Shown in pieces: positions 27,616 to 37,610 of a stretch of DNA of 64,000 bases. The stretch covers positions 1,262 through 65,261 of the forward strand of contig JAFSLH010000025.1 in NCBI GenBank assembly GCA_017448545.1. Reading direction: 5' to 3'. Within the stretch, counting starts at the first letter, position 1. Each line of letters begins with the position of its first letter. This DNA comes from Clostridia bacterium (GTDB taxonomy: Bacteria > Bacillota > Clostridia > Christensenellales > CAG-138). The translations under genes were made by a program, and so were the position numbers. The notes beneath the pieces were generated by a model that saw only the letters and a list, made by a program, of their open reading frames with translations, made no database searches and had not been told where the DNA came from.

Positions 27616-29409
27616 TTATGCGATTTGGTGGCCTTCTTCGAACTGGAGACGGTAGAGCTTCCAGTAGTGGCCGCGGTTCGCCAGCAGCTGCTGGTGCGTG
27701 CCGCGCTCGATGATCTCGCCGTTCTGCAGCACGATGATCTGATCCGAATGCTGGATCGTGGATAACCGGTGCGCGACGACGAGCATTGTGCCGATGCTGC
27801 GCATCTTTTCGAGCGACGCCTGGATCAGCGATTCGGTCTCGGTGTCGATGTTCGCGGTCGCTTCGTCGAGGATCAGGATTCGCGGACGGTGCAGCACGGT
27901 CCGCGCAAACGACAGCAATTGCCGCTGCCCCTGCGAGAAGTTCTCACCGCGCTCGATCACGGGCTCGTCGTAGCCCTTCGGCAGCTTTTCGATGAACGTA
28001 TCCGCGTTGACATAGCGGCAGGCCTCCTGGATCGCGTCGTCCGGGATCGTTTCGTCGTGCAGCGAAAGGTTCGTCTTGACCGTGCCGGAGAACAGGAACA
28101 CGTCCTGCAGCATCTGGCCGACGAGCCGCCGCAGCGACTTGATCTGAATGTGCGCGATGTCCACGCCGTCGATCAGGATCTTGCCCTTCTGAATCTCATA
28201 GTTGCGAACGATCAGGCCGAGAATCGTGGTTTTGCCCGCGCCGGTCGCGCCGACGAACGCGCAGGTCTGTCCCGGCTCGATCACGAACGACACGTCGCGC
28301 AGAATCCAGTTCTCGCCCTCATACGCAAACCAGACGTTCTGAAATTCGATGCGGCCCTCGACGTCCTTGAGGTCGATCGCGTCCGGCAGGTCGCGGACTT
28401 CGGGCTGCACGTCGAGCAGATTGAACAGCCGCTCGGATGCGCTGCGCGCGCGCTGGATGTTGTTCAGCTGGTCGGCGAGCATTTCCACCGGGTGGAAGAA
28501 CCGGCCCGTATACAGGTAGAACGCGACGATGGAACCCGGCGTCAGGCCGATCCTGACGCCGAACCAGAAGATCAGCGCCAGCGTCGTCACATACACGAAC
28601 GTCACGAACGGGCGGTACAGGCCGAATCCCTTGATCACGTTGAACCGTGCCTGGCGGTAGCCGTCGTTCTTTTCGTCGAACGCTTCGAGCTTCTTGTCCT
28701 GCCGGTTGAAGATCTGAATGATGCTCATGCCGGACAGGTTTTCGTTCAGGAACGTGTTCAGCTCGGAAATCTTCTGCCGCTCGGTGCGGAACGCGCCGCC
28801 GACATACTTCGAGAAGAACAGCGACGAAACGAAGATCACGCTGACCGGAACCAGCAGGATCGCGGCGAGCTGCACGTTGATGAAGAACATGATCACGTAC
28901 ACGCCGAACACGGTCAGAAAGTTCTTGATGACGCTGACGATCACGTTCGTGAACAGGTCGCTCATCGACTGCGTATAGGAGGTGACGCGCGTCACCAGCG
29001 AGCCGACCGGCATTTCCGTGAACTGGTTGCGGCTCATTTCCTCGATGTGCGTGAACACGTCGATGCGCAGGTTGTAGATGATCTTCTGCCCGGCCTTCTG
29101 CAGCACCATGGATTCCGCGTACAGGAACACGTTGTTGAGGAGGCAGATCACGAGGTACACGACCGCAAGGATGATCAGGTACCGAAGGTCGATCGCGTCC
29201 GACGTGAGGTTGTCGGTCATGCGCGAGGTGAGCAGCGGCAGCAGGATATCGAGCACGACGTTGATCATAAGCAGCAGCGCCGCGAGCAGGAACCGCCCGA
29301 TCTCCGGCCGGAGATAATGCGCGATGCGGCGGATGAACTCGCCGGCGGGAAGCTTTCGATCGCCCTTCAATCGGTCTTTCTCATCGATTTCTTCGATAAA
29401 GTCTTCCAT
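27616..29409 (-). CDS. Heterodimeric ABC exporter, TMD-NBD subunit B
   Basis: GATGAGKTT, FSQGQRQL, LDEATA, AHRLST. Confidence 0.93.
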   Translation of the reverse strand: MEDFIEEIDEKDRLKGDRKLPAGEFIRRIAHYLRPEIGRFLLAALLLMINVVLDILLPLLTSRMTDNLTSDAIDLRYLIILAVVYLVICLLNNVFLYAESMVLQKAGQKIIYNLRIDVFTHIEEMSRNQFTEMPVGSLVTRVTSYTQSMSDLFTNVIVSVIKNFLTVFGVYVIMFFINVQLAAILLVPVSVIFVSSLFFSKYVGGAFRTERQKISELNTFLNENLSGMSIIQIFNRQDKKLEAFDEKNDGYRQARFNVIKGFGLYRPFVTFVYVTTLALIFWFGVRIGLTPGSIVAFYLYTGRFFHPVEMLADQLNNIQRARSASERLFNLLDVQPEVRDLPDAIDLKDVEGRIEFQNVWFAYEGENWILRDVSFVIEPGQTCAFVGATGAGKTTILGLIVRNYEIQKGKILIDGVDIAHIQIKSLRRLVGQMLQDVFLFSGTVKTNLSLHDETIPDDAIQEACRYVNADTFIEKLPKGYDEPVIERGENFSQGQRQLLSFARTVLHRPRILILDEATANIDTETESLIQASLEKMRSIGTMLVVAHRLSTIQHSDQIIVLQNGEIIERGTHQQLLANRGHYWKLYRLQFEEGHQIA

Positions 29410-31208
29410 CAGGCTTCGCCTCCCTTCACTTCTTTTTCGAGCTCCTGCAGATAGACCATGCGGCTGTAGGTCGGGGAGACGGACAGGAGGTTCTGCGGCG
29501 TGTCGAACGCTTCGACGGCGCCCTCGTTCAGAACAAGAATCCGGTCCGCATGCGCCACGGAGGACACGCGCGACGCGATGATGATCGTCGTTTTGCCCGC
29601 GCGCTCGCTGCGGATGTTGGCGAGGATCTTCTCCTCCGTCTGCATATCGACCGCGGAAACGGAATCGTCGAGCACGAGGATCGGCGCGCTCTTCAGGTAC
29701 GCGCGCGCCAGCGAGACGCGCTGCTTCTGCCCGCCCGAGAGCGTCACGCCGCGCTCGCCGGTCATCGTATCGTAGCCGTCGGGGAAGCCCTCGATGTTGT
29801 CCGCAACGTCCGCAAACGCCGCTGCGCGCTTCACGTCGTCCTCCGACGCGTTCTCCGCGCCGAACGCGATGTTGTTCCGCACGGAATCGGAGAACAGGAA
29901 GTTATCCTGCGGCACGAACGCGACCGCGCTGCGCACCGAGTCGATCGTGGCGTGCATAATGTCCTTGCCGTCGATCGAAACGGTTCCGTCCGGCACGTTA
30001 TAGAGCCGCAGCAGCATCGTCAAAAGCGTGGTCTTGCCGCTGCCGACACGGCCGACGACGCCGATCAGTTCGCCCGGCCTGACCGAGAACGAAACGTCCT
30101 TCAGCACTTCGATTTCCGGCGACGCCGGATAGGCGAACGTCAGGTGCGAGAACGCGACCGCACCCTGCACGTTTTCGAGCGGTTTTGCGTCCGACGCGTT
30201 ATGGATCTCCTCCTCCGCGTCCAGGAACGCGTCGATGCGTTTCAGCGACGCTTTTGCGCGGCCGCGCATGCTGACCAGCGAGCCGAGCGCGATCATCGGC
30301 CAGATCAGCGTATCGAAGTAGCCGATAAACGTAATCAGTTCACCGGGCGTCAGCGCGATCGCATGGCCGAGCAGCACGATCGGAGTCTGCGTAACCGTTG
30401 CCCACACGAACCAGCTGCCGAAGCCGAGGATGAACGACAGGATGATCGCGATGATGACCTCGATCAGCGTATCGAACAGGATGCTGACGCGCACGAACGC
30501 GATGTTCGCGTCCTGGTTCTTGCGCGCGACCTTGGCGAACGCGTGCAGCTCGCTCGTTTCCTTGACGAACGCCTTGATGACGTTGATGCCGGTAAAGTTT
30601 TCCTGCGTGAAGTCGTAGAGTTTGTCGTACTTTTCCTGCCGGTCCTTCCAGCGCTCCGCCATGAACTTTTCGACGAGCGCGCCCCAGACGATGATCAGCG
30701 TCATCGGGATCAGTGCGAACGACGCCATGACCCAGTCCAAAAGGAACATCCGCACGATGACGAGGATGCCGAGGAACGACGCGTCGACGATCTGCACCGT
30801 GCCGAAGCCGGTGTACTCCTCGATCGTTTCGAGGTCGGTCGTGAACCACGACATGATCGAGCCGACCGGCGTGGCGTGGAAGTAGCGCGGCGACAGGCGC
30901 TCGCTCTTTCGGAACATCTCGCGGCACACGCCCGCCTGGATCCGCTGCGACGCATTGAACAGCGTGAAGCGCCACAGCATCCGCCCGCCGAACATGACGA
31001 CCGCAATCCCGAGCAGCTTCAGGCACAGCGAACCGATGAACGCGATATCCACCGCGCCCTCGGCTTCCGAGAGGTGATCGACGATCTGGCCGAGGAAGAT
31101 CGGCTCGAACAGCTGCACGTAGTCCACTGCGATCAGCGCCGCGACGCCGAGCACGAAGAAGTACCAGTATTGCTTATAGTATTTGTTGATATGCTTTCCG
31201 AGAAGCAT
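29409..31208 (-). CDS. Heterodimeric ABC exporter, TMD-NBD subunit A (degenerate site)
   Basis: GRVGSGKTT, LSGGQKQR, LDDSVSAVD; overlaps partner start. Confidence 0.93.
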   Translation of the reverse strand: MLLGKHINKYYKQYWYFFVLGVAALIAVDYVQLFEPIFLGQIVDHLSEAEGAVDIAFIGSLCLKLLGIAVVMFGGRMLWRFTLFNASQRIQAGVCREMFRKSERLSPRYFHATPVGSIMSWFTTDLETIEEYTGFGTVQIVDASFLGILVIVRMFLLDWVMASFALIPMTLIIVWGALVEKFMAERWKDRQEKYDKLYDFTQENFTGINVIKAFVKETSELHAFAKVARKNQDANIAFVRVSILFDTLIEVIIAIILSFILGFGSWFVWATVTQTPIVLLGHAIALTPGELITFIGYFDTLIWPMIALGSLVSMRGRAKASLKRIDAFLDAEEEIHNASDAKPLENVQGAVAFSHLTFAYPASPEIEVLKDVSFSVRPGELIGVVGRVGSGKTTLLTMLLRLYNVPDGTVSIDGKDIMHATIDSVRSAVAFVPQDNFLFSDSVRNNIAFGAENASEDDVKRAAAFADVADNIEGFPDGYDTMTGERGVTLSGGQKQRVSLARAYLKSAPILVLDDSVSAVDMQTEEKILANIRSERAGKTTIIIASRVSSVAHADRILVLNEGAVEAFDTPQNLLSVSPTYSRMVYLQELEKEVKGGEA

Positions 31209-31433
31209 CGGGCATCCCCCATTTCCGGTTTCGTCAAAAGACGATATCTGTATTTTACCAAATTCTGCCGCCCTTGTCGAGGGATCGGCTTGTAAAGAAT
31301 GCGTTTTTTCCTTATTTTACAGGCGTTTCAGCCAAAACGGCGATCCGGACATCCATCCGAATCGCCGCCTGCGCCTGTTCGATCCATCCTATCTTCTATC
31401 CTGTTCGCGCGGGGTTCGCTTCGATCTTTCCGA

Positions 31434-32450
31434 TCAATAGCGAAGCTCGAGGTTCCCGAAGTTCACGTCGCCCTTCAGGTAGGCCGTCTGATCGGCGTCC
31501 GCATCCGGACAGCCGCTCACGCGAACCGCGGAAAACGCAGTGTCGGTGGATTTGATGATGTTCACATGCCGCGGCAGCAGGATGATGACGTTGCCGAAGC
31601 TCACGTCCGCTTTGATGACGCAGTTGTTGAACATGCGCACGCCGCGGAGGTCGATTTCATGGTTCCCGAAGTTGGTTTCGATGTTTGCGCCGTTCAGCGT
31701 GTCGTGCGGGTACACGATTTTGTTGCTGCCGAAGTCCATCTCCGCGTTGAGCCGGTAATCTTCGTCGCTGTATTCACAGACGCGGTTCGGCGCGTTGCCG
31801 TTGATTTCCACGTGCGACTTGTTCCGATCCTTCCACAGGCCGAGCTTCTTCAGGATCGTCTTGAGCAGAACCGCGACGGCGAAGAACAGCAGCACGATGT
31901 ACCACTGAATCTCAAACGGAACGCCCCAGCCGAACCAGACCAGTTCATACGCGCCGAACGCCATCGCGACGACGCCGAAGATCACGTTTTCCCGCAGGGA
32001 AACGAGCCCGAGACCGAAAATCAGCAGCGGCCAGATATAGCTCCAGGTAGTAACGCCTTCCCGGTTGAACAGCGGCGTTGTCGAGCGCAGAATCAGCATG
32101 ACGCAGACGAGAATCGCCGTGATGCACAGCGCGATCGTGCTCCAGTGCCCGTCCTCGCGGGTAAACGTCATATTGAAATGCTTCCCGGACTCCTTTTCGG
32201 CTTCCGGTTCCTTATCCAATACGACGACGTGCGGTTCGATCGGCTTGATGCCGAGCAGTTCATCGGTCGTGACGCCAAACAGGTCCGCAAGCAGCGGCAG
32301 CGTTGCGATGTCCGGGCACGCGATGTCGTTTTCCCACTTGCTGACCGCCTGCGCGGAGACGCCGACCTTTTCGCCGAGCTGTTCCTGCGTCCAGCCCTGA
32401 TTTTTCCGCAGCATTGCGATGCGCTTTCCGAGTGTCATTTGTTGTTCCAT
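31434..32450 (-). CDS. XRE-family HTH regulator fused to TM segments and LiaF-like C-terminal domain
   Basis: WTQEQLGEKVGVSAQAVSKWE..PDI; four TM; FGN..IDL beta repeats. Confidence 0.82.
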   Translation of the reverse strand: MEQQMTLGKRIAMLRKNQGWTQEQLGEKVGVSAQAVSKWENDIACPDIATLPLLADLFGVTTDELLGIKPIEPHVVVLDKEPEAEKESGKHFNMTFTREDGHWSTIALCITAILVCVMLILRSTTPLFNREGVTTWSYIWPLLIFGLGLVSLRENVIFGVVAMAFGAYELVWFGWGVPFEIQWYIVLLFFAVAVLLKTILKKLGLWKDRNKSHVEINGNAPNRVCEYSDEDYRLNAEMDFGSNKIVYPHDTLNGANIETNFGNHEIDLRGVRMFNNCVIKADVSFGNVIILLPRHVNIIKSTDTAFSAVRVSGCPDADADQTAYLKGDVNFGNLELRY

Positions 32451-32498
32451 TGGTTTTGCCTCCCTGCTTTTGATGGCTTCATCCTACCATGGACGGTC

Positions 32499-32589
32499 CG
32501 GTTGTTCCACAACCTGTCGGTTGAATTGTCGAAAACTGCTTACCCGCGTCGGTTGAACAGCCGTTTTTCGCTCTACACCCGCGGTTGAA
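32499..32589. promoter_or_regulatory. Putative operator repeats upstream of XRE regulator
   Basis: CGGTTGAA at 32518, 32550, 32582 (32-bp period); first forms CAACC-N4-GGTTG palindrome. Confidence 0.6.
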
Positions 32590-32632
32590 TCGGTCGTTTC
32601 GGGACCGATTTTGCGGGAATCGTACAACCGGA

Positions 32633-34096
32633 TCAGTTATCCGCGCGGCGATAGCCGTTTTTCATGCAGACGCTGGCTTCGTGCAGCACCTTGGTCAGGG
32701 CCGCGTTCGTTTCCTCGCGCGCCATGCGGCACAGCGCTTCGTTCGCCTCGGTCTGCAGCGTGAGGTCGCCGGTCTCGGCGATCTTTTTGTCGTATTCGCG
32801 CACGATCTGCCGGCCGCGGACGAACACGGCGGCCTGATACCGTTCGATCAGCTGCACGCACTGTCCGAAATGCGCGTCCGCGAGCGCGCCGATCAGGCGG
32901 CTGGCCCAATAGAAGTTCTCGGTCGACGCTTCGAGCGAAACGTCCGACAGATAGTCCGGCATTTTCTGCACATTCGGGTACACCGGCAGCAGCGCGTCGA
33001 ACGTCGTGGAGCCGAAGCAGATCCATTCGAGGCCGCGAATCGGCTTCGGCGCGTCGGGCCGAATCTGGCAAACCGAGGTCACGCCGGTGCGGTTGATGCC
33101 GATCGACCGGTACATGCCGCGCTTGCCCGTATCCTGCGCCGTGTACGGATCGTACGGCGTTCCCTGATAGTGCGACGACAGCATATACTTCACGTCCTCG
33201 ACCGCGACCTTGCGATCCGGCACGAGCGCCCACGGGATATTGTCGCTTTCCGGCGTGAACTCCGCGTTCTCGCCCTCCCAGCGGTGCGAAAACGGCGTGA
33301 GGTACCGGCCCATGAACCATGCGCGCGGCGTATTGTAGACGTGATCGGAGTCGATATGCGAGCCGAACACGTCGCGCGGGTTGAACTTGCCGCCCTGATT
33401 GCAGTCGAGCTTGTTCTCGGCGATAAACTCCCGAAGGTCGGCCGAGCAAAGATGCGCTGTCTGCTTTCCGAACGCGTCGTCGAGATCGAAGCTGTCCATG
33501 CCGAACTGGTTCGGCGCGATCACGCACATGTCGTCCGGAACGCGCTTCGCCATCCAATGGTGACCGCCGATCGTCTCCATCCACCAGACCTCGTTTTCGT
33601 CGTTGAACGCGATGCCGTTCGATTCATACGTGCCGTACTGTTCAAGCAGCGACGCAAGCCGCAGAACGCCCTCGCGTGCGGAATGGATGTACGGCAGCAC
33701 AAGCACGACGAAATCTTCCTCGCCGACGCCGCCGGGCACGTCCTTTTCGCCGCGCGACTTTGCCTTCTTATACCGGACGAGCGGGTCCGCCGAGAGTACG
33801 CGCGGATTCGAAGTGATCGTTTCGGTCGCGGTCATGCCGACCTGCGCAGCGTTGATGCCGGTCGCCGCCCAGACGCCTTCCTTCGAGTCGACGCTCGGGC
33901 ACGCGGTATAGCGCATCGGGTTGGCGGGCAGCTCGATTTCGAGGTGGGAAATCACGCTTTGGTACCGCTGTTTCTGCTGTTTGGGGCGAACCACAACGAG
34001 CTTTTTGACGTCAAAGAACCCGTCGTCGGTGCGCGCGATCATTGTGGAATGGTCATTGGAAGCATTTTTGCCGACCAATACCGTTGTGCAGGGCAT
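32633..34096 (-). CDS. C69 family dipeptidase (PepD-like Ntn hydrolase)
   Basis: N-terminal MPCTTVLVGK.AS.D.STMIAR, ATETI, GGHHW, APNQ, YNTPR. Confidence 0.93.
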   Translation of the reverse strand: MPCTTVLVGKNASNDHSTMIARTDDGFFDVKKLVVVRPKQQKQRYQSVISHLEIELPANPMRYTACPSVDSKEGVWAATGINAAQVGMTATETITSNPRVLSADPLVRYKKAKSRGEKDVPGGVGEEDFVVLVLPYIHSAREGVLRLASLLEQYGTYESNGIAFNDENEVWWMETIGGHHWMAKRVPDDMCVIAPNQFGMDSFDLDDAFGKQTAHLCSADLREFIAENKLDCNQGGKFNPRDVFGSHIDSDHVYNTPRAWFMGRYLTPFSHRWEGENAEFTPESDNIPWALVPDRKVAVEDVKYMLSSHYQGTPYDPYTAQDTGKRGMYRSIGINRTGVTSVCQIRPDAPKPIRGLEWICFGSTTFDALLPVYPNVQKMPDYLSDVSLEASTENFYWASRLIGALADAHFGQCVQLIERYQAAVFVRGRQIVREYDKKIAETGDLTLQTEANEALCRMAREETNAALTKVLHEASVCMKNGYRRADN

Positions 34097-34140
34097 AGTG
34101 TTTGTTCTCCTTTTCCGATACAGTCTTATAAAAGGTATAT

Positions 34141-34917
34141 TCAGCCGATCTCGCCGGATTCCGGCAGACAGTGCAGATGCGTCTGTCCGAGCACGCGGAA
34201 GCCCTCGGCCCCGCGCGAAACCGTGCGAAGCCCGAACTGCAGCGAACGCAGCCGCAGATACAGCCGCAGGGCGTCCGCCTCCGCGCTCCCCGCGGGATAC
34301 TGGCTTACATGGCAGTCGAAGATTGCCGAAAGCTGCGCCGCAAGCCGTCCGCCGGTTTTGACGAACCGGTTCGGCCGCGCGGTCATGTAGAACGCGACGC
34401 CGCGCACCGGCGCCGGCTCCGTGCCGTACCGCGCGCGCATCAGACTCCCGTACGGCGCAAAGCAGACGAGCTTTTTGACCGCGTTCCCGACGGCGAGATG
34501 GTCCGCATGGCACTCGCTTTTCGAATCCGGATCGGGTGCGAACACAAGGTCCGGGCGCACGTTTGCGATCGTTTCGGCAAGGCCCTGTTCGAGCGCCGTC
34601 GCCGAATAGCCCGCGCCGTCCTCGAGATCGAGAAAGCGCACGTCCGTCACGCCGAGCTTTGCGGCCGAAGCGAGCGATTCCGTCCGCCGCAGCGCAGCCA
34701 GCGCGTCGCCCGTGACGCCGCCGGAAGCGCCGTCGCCGTAGCGGCCGTCGGTGCAGATCAGGAACGTGATCTGCTTCCCCGCGTCCATCAGCTTGCGGAC
34801 CGTCGCGCCAGCGCCGATCTCAATGTCGTCCGGGTGCGGCCCGACAAACAGATAGCGGTCGAACGATTCGACCTTCGGCAGCGGCACGGCCATTCGGATT
34901 GCGGTCTTGACCAGCAT
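34141..34917 (-). CDS. PIG-L/LmbE family deacetylase
   Basis: GPHPDDIE, TDG, RR.E, HADH, HVSQ motifs. Confidence 0.9.
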   Translation of the reverse strand: MLVKTAIRMAVPLPKVESFDRYLFVGPHPDDIEIGAGATVRKLMDAGKQITFLICTDGRYGDGASGGVTGDALAALRRTESLASAAKLGVTDVRFLDLEDGAGYSATALEQGLAETIANVRPDLVFAPDPDSKSECHADHLAVGNAVKKLVCFAPYGSLMRARYGTEPAPVRGVAFYMTARPNRFVKTGGRLAAQLSAIFDCHVSQYPAGSAEADALRLYLRLRSLQFGLRTVSRGAEGFRVLGQTHLHCLPESGEIG

Positions 34918-35068
34918 ACGGTGCGCCTCCCCTTTCGTCAGCTTTCTACAGTATACTCCCGCGCCGCCCAAATAGCAAGCGAATCGGCTTTCCTTTTTGA
35001 TATTTGTGCCGGGAAAGGCCGCTTTCGGGGCCGTATCCCGCTTTTCGGGACGATCGATAAAAAATCCA

Positions 35069-35097
35069 TTGACAAGTATGTAAAAATCATATAAAAT
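35069..35097 (+). promoter_or_regulatory. Sigma70 promoter
   Basis: TTGACA-17-TAAAAT. Confidence 0.75.
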
Positions 35098-35143
35098 ATA
35101 GATTCATTGAAAGGCTTTGCACATCGGAAAGGAGAGGATCGTT

Positions 35144-35788
35144 ATGGCAATTCAATTTACGGAGCTTCTGAATCCCGGCAACGGCAATCTGCCGATCCGC
35201 GTGGCGCGCGGGCATTTCGCGACGAGCCACAGCCACATCAACTACTACATCGATCTGACGCAGACCAAATACAAGCTGTCCGAAGCGCGCGAAGCGGCGG
35301 TGCAGCTTGCGAGCCGGTTCAAGGGGACGACGATCATCGACACGATCCTTTGCCTCGACGGCACGGAGGTCATCGGCGCGTGCATGGCGAGCGAGCTCAC
35401 CAAGGTCGGCTTTACGAGCGTCAACGCGAACCGCACGATTTATATCGTCACGCCGGAGCACACGACGGGCAGTCAGCTGATCTTCCGCGACAACACCGCC
35501 CCGATGATCGTCGGAAAGCACGTCCTCGTGCTCGCCGCTTCGGTCACGACCGGTTATACGGCGCAGGGCGCGATCGAAGCCGTCCGCTACTACGGCGGCA
35601 TGGTCGTCGGCGTCTGCTCGATCCTTGCGACTTCGACGGAATGCTTCGGCTATCAGGTGACGTCGATCTTCCGCACGCAGGACCTGCTGTCGGACTACGA
35701 AAGCAAGCCGTCCTATGAATGCCCGCTTTGCCGAGCCGGTCAAAAGCTCGACGCGATGGTGAATACCTACGGTATTTCCGGTTTTTGA
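35144..35788 (+). CDS. Orotate phosphoribosyltransferase-like protein with atypical PRPP loop
   Basis: GHF.T.HSH...YID, VLVLAASVTTG, C-terminal ECPLC. Confidence 0.75.
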   Translation: MAIQFTELLNPGNGNLPIRVARGHFATSHSHINYYIDLTQTKYKLSEAREAAVQLASRFKGTTIIDTILCLDGTEVIGACMASELTKVGFTSVNANRTIYIVTPEHTTGSQLIFRDNTAPMIVGKHVLVLAASVTTGYTAQGAIEAVRYYGGMVVGVCSILATSTECFGYQVTSIFRTQDLLSDYESKPSYECPLCRAGQKLDAMVNTYGISGF

Positions 35789-35962
35789 TGTCTCAATCAC
35801 AGCGCAATCGGCCGCTGCTTCCCGATTTCTCGGAGGCTGCGGCCTGTTTTTGTCCGCGCCGGGGAATGTGAACAGGCAGTGGATTTTTTGTAAACGGTCG
35901 CTGCGGGGTTGCATCCGACCCGAAAAGCGTGTATACTGAACGCGTCCGAAAGGAGAGGGAAT

Positions 35963-37477
35963 TTGGAACAGCAAACGACGAAAAAGAAAAAGCATCTTGT
36001 GCTCTGGATCGTGCTCGGCATCCTGGTCGCTGCGCTCGGCCTCGGCGCGTGGTATGTGAGCCGGATTCTGATGCGGCCCGAATCGTTCTTCGATGCGACG
36101 CCGGATTCGTCCGCCGCGCCGCAGCTCGAGGTGACGCCGATTGCGCCGCTTTTCCCGATCGAAACGACCGCTTCAGAAGGCGAGGCGCAAACGCAGGCAA
36201 CGCCTGCGCCGACCGCTGTCCCGCAGGATGAAACGCCCGGGGACGAAACGCCGGAGGAACCGAACCGGCTGAACATCCTTCTGATGGGCATCGACGCCTA
36301 TGAGGACGGGCGTTCCACGAGCGGCACGATGCCGCACGCCGACGCGACGATGGTCATTGCGATCAATTTCGATACCGAAACCGTGGACCTGATCTCGCTC
36401 CCGCGCGACACGTTCACGACCGCGCCGGGCTACCGCGGGTTCTATAAGCTGAACGGCGTGTTCAACGTCGGCGGCGGCATGAAGGATACGGACGCGGGCT
36501 TTCAGCTGATGTGCCGTCTGGCGGAGCAATGGCTCGGCGGCATTTCGATTCCGTACTACTATGCGCTCGATTTTCAGGCGGTCATCGACATTGTCGATAA
36601 GATCGGCGGGATCGACTTTGACGTGGATCAGCGGTTCGGCGAATGGGGCGGCACCAAGCAGTATTCGACCGGCATGCACCATCTCGACGGCAAGGCGGTT
36701 ATGGGCTACCTCCGCATCCGCAAAGGCGCCGACGGAAAAGACAGTTCCCGTACCGCGCGGCAGCGCAGAATGATGGTCGCCATCTTCAAAAAGCTGAAGG
36801 AAGAGAACCTGCTGACGCAGATTCCGCTGCTGATCAACACGGCGTCGAGCGGCATCTACACGAATACGACGCTGTCGCAGACGTCCGCGCTTGCGAGCTA
36901 TGCCGTGCAGCTTCCGACGGAGAACGTCCACACGTACGCCATGAGCGGCGCGATCCACGGCCGGTATGACTACGGATTCTGCTTTGTAGATCAGGAATAC
37001 CGGATCAGTCTGATCCGCGATATCTTCGGCATCGAAGCGGAACCGGTCGGCTACTGCACCACCGACTATGAAACATGGCTCCACGAGATCGGCTTTTATA
37101 CGCTGAAATACATCCGGCAGGCCGAAAAGGTGCTCGCCTATCTGGCGGACGAGACTGCCGCGGGCACAACCTATACCGAGGAGCAGCTTGCCCCGTATGC
37201 GGACTGCTACAACGCCTACCTCCTGCTGCGGGACGATTTCAACCGCGCGACCGACGAGCTCGGCGCGCTGTATACGTCGGAGCACACCGCACTCGACAAA
37301 AAGGCGGCCGAGAGCGCATGGGAAACCGTGATCAATGCCGATATGCAGACGCTGAAGAGCGCGACCGAAACGCTCGCAAAAAGCGTGAACTGCACGGTCA
37401 AGCTGAGCTGGAACGTGTACCTTGCCGGCTGGTATGAGGACCTCGACATCAACGAGATTTACGTGGATTTCCGGTAA
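35963..37477 (+). CDS. LCP (LytR-CpsA-Psr) family protein
   Basis: TTG start after AGGAG; TM anchor; NILLMGID, LISLPRDT, VDKIGGI, RIRK, RTARQR. Confidence 0.9.
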   Translation: MEQQTTKKKKHLVLWIVLGILVAALGLGAWYVSRILMRPESFFDATPDSSAAPQLEVTPIAPLFPIETTASEGEAQTQATPAPTAVPQDETPGDETPEEPNRLNILLMGIDAYEDGRSTSGTMPHADATMVIAINFDTETVDLISLPRDTFTTAPGYRGFYKLNGVFNVGGGMKDTDAGFQLMCRLAEQWLGGISIPYYYALDFQAVIDIVDKIGGIDFDVDQRFGEWGGTKQYSTGMHHLDGKAVMGYLRIRKGADGKDSSRTARQRRMMVAIFKKLKEENLLTQIPLLINTASSGIYTNTTLSQTSALASYAVQLPTENVHTYAMSGAIHGRYDYGFCFVDQEYRISLIRDIFGIEAEPVGYCTTDYETWLHEIGFYTLKYIRQAEKVLAYLADETAAGTTYTEEQLAPYADCYNAYLLLRDDFNRATDELGALYTSEHTALDKKAAESAWETVINADMQTLKSATETLAKSVNCTVKLSWNVYLAGWYEDLDINEIYVDFR

Positions 37478-37517
37478 GGCATTTTTGCCGGGTTTCCGGT
37501 AAGGCAATTTTGCCGGG
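37468..37517. repeat. 25-bp tandem duplication over LCP stop codon
   Basis: TTTCCGGTAAGGCA(T/A)TTTTGCCGGG x2, one mismatch. Confidence 0.85.
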
Positions 37518-37610
37518 GGAATTGACAACGTCCCGGATTCATAATAATATATAGGAAGAGTGTTTCCGGCCGCCGCTGCGCCGCCGGTCAACAGAAAGGA
37601 AGAATACAAT

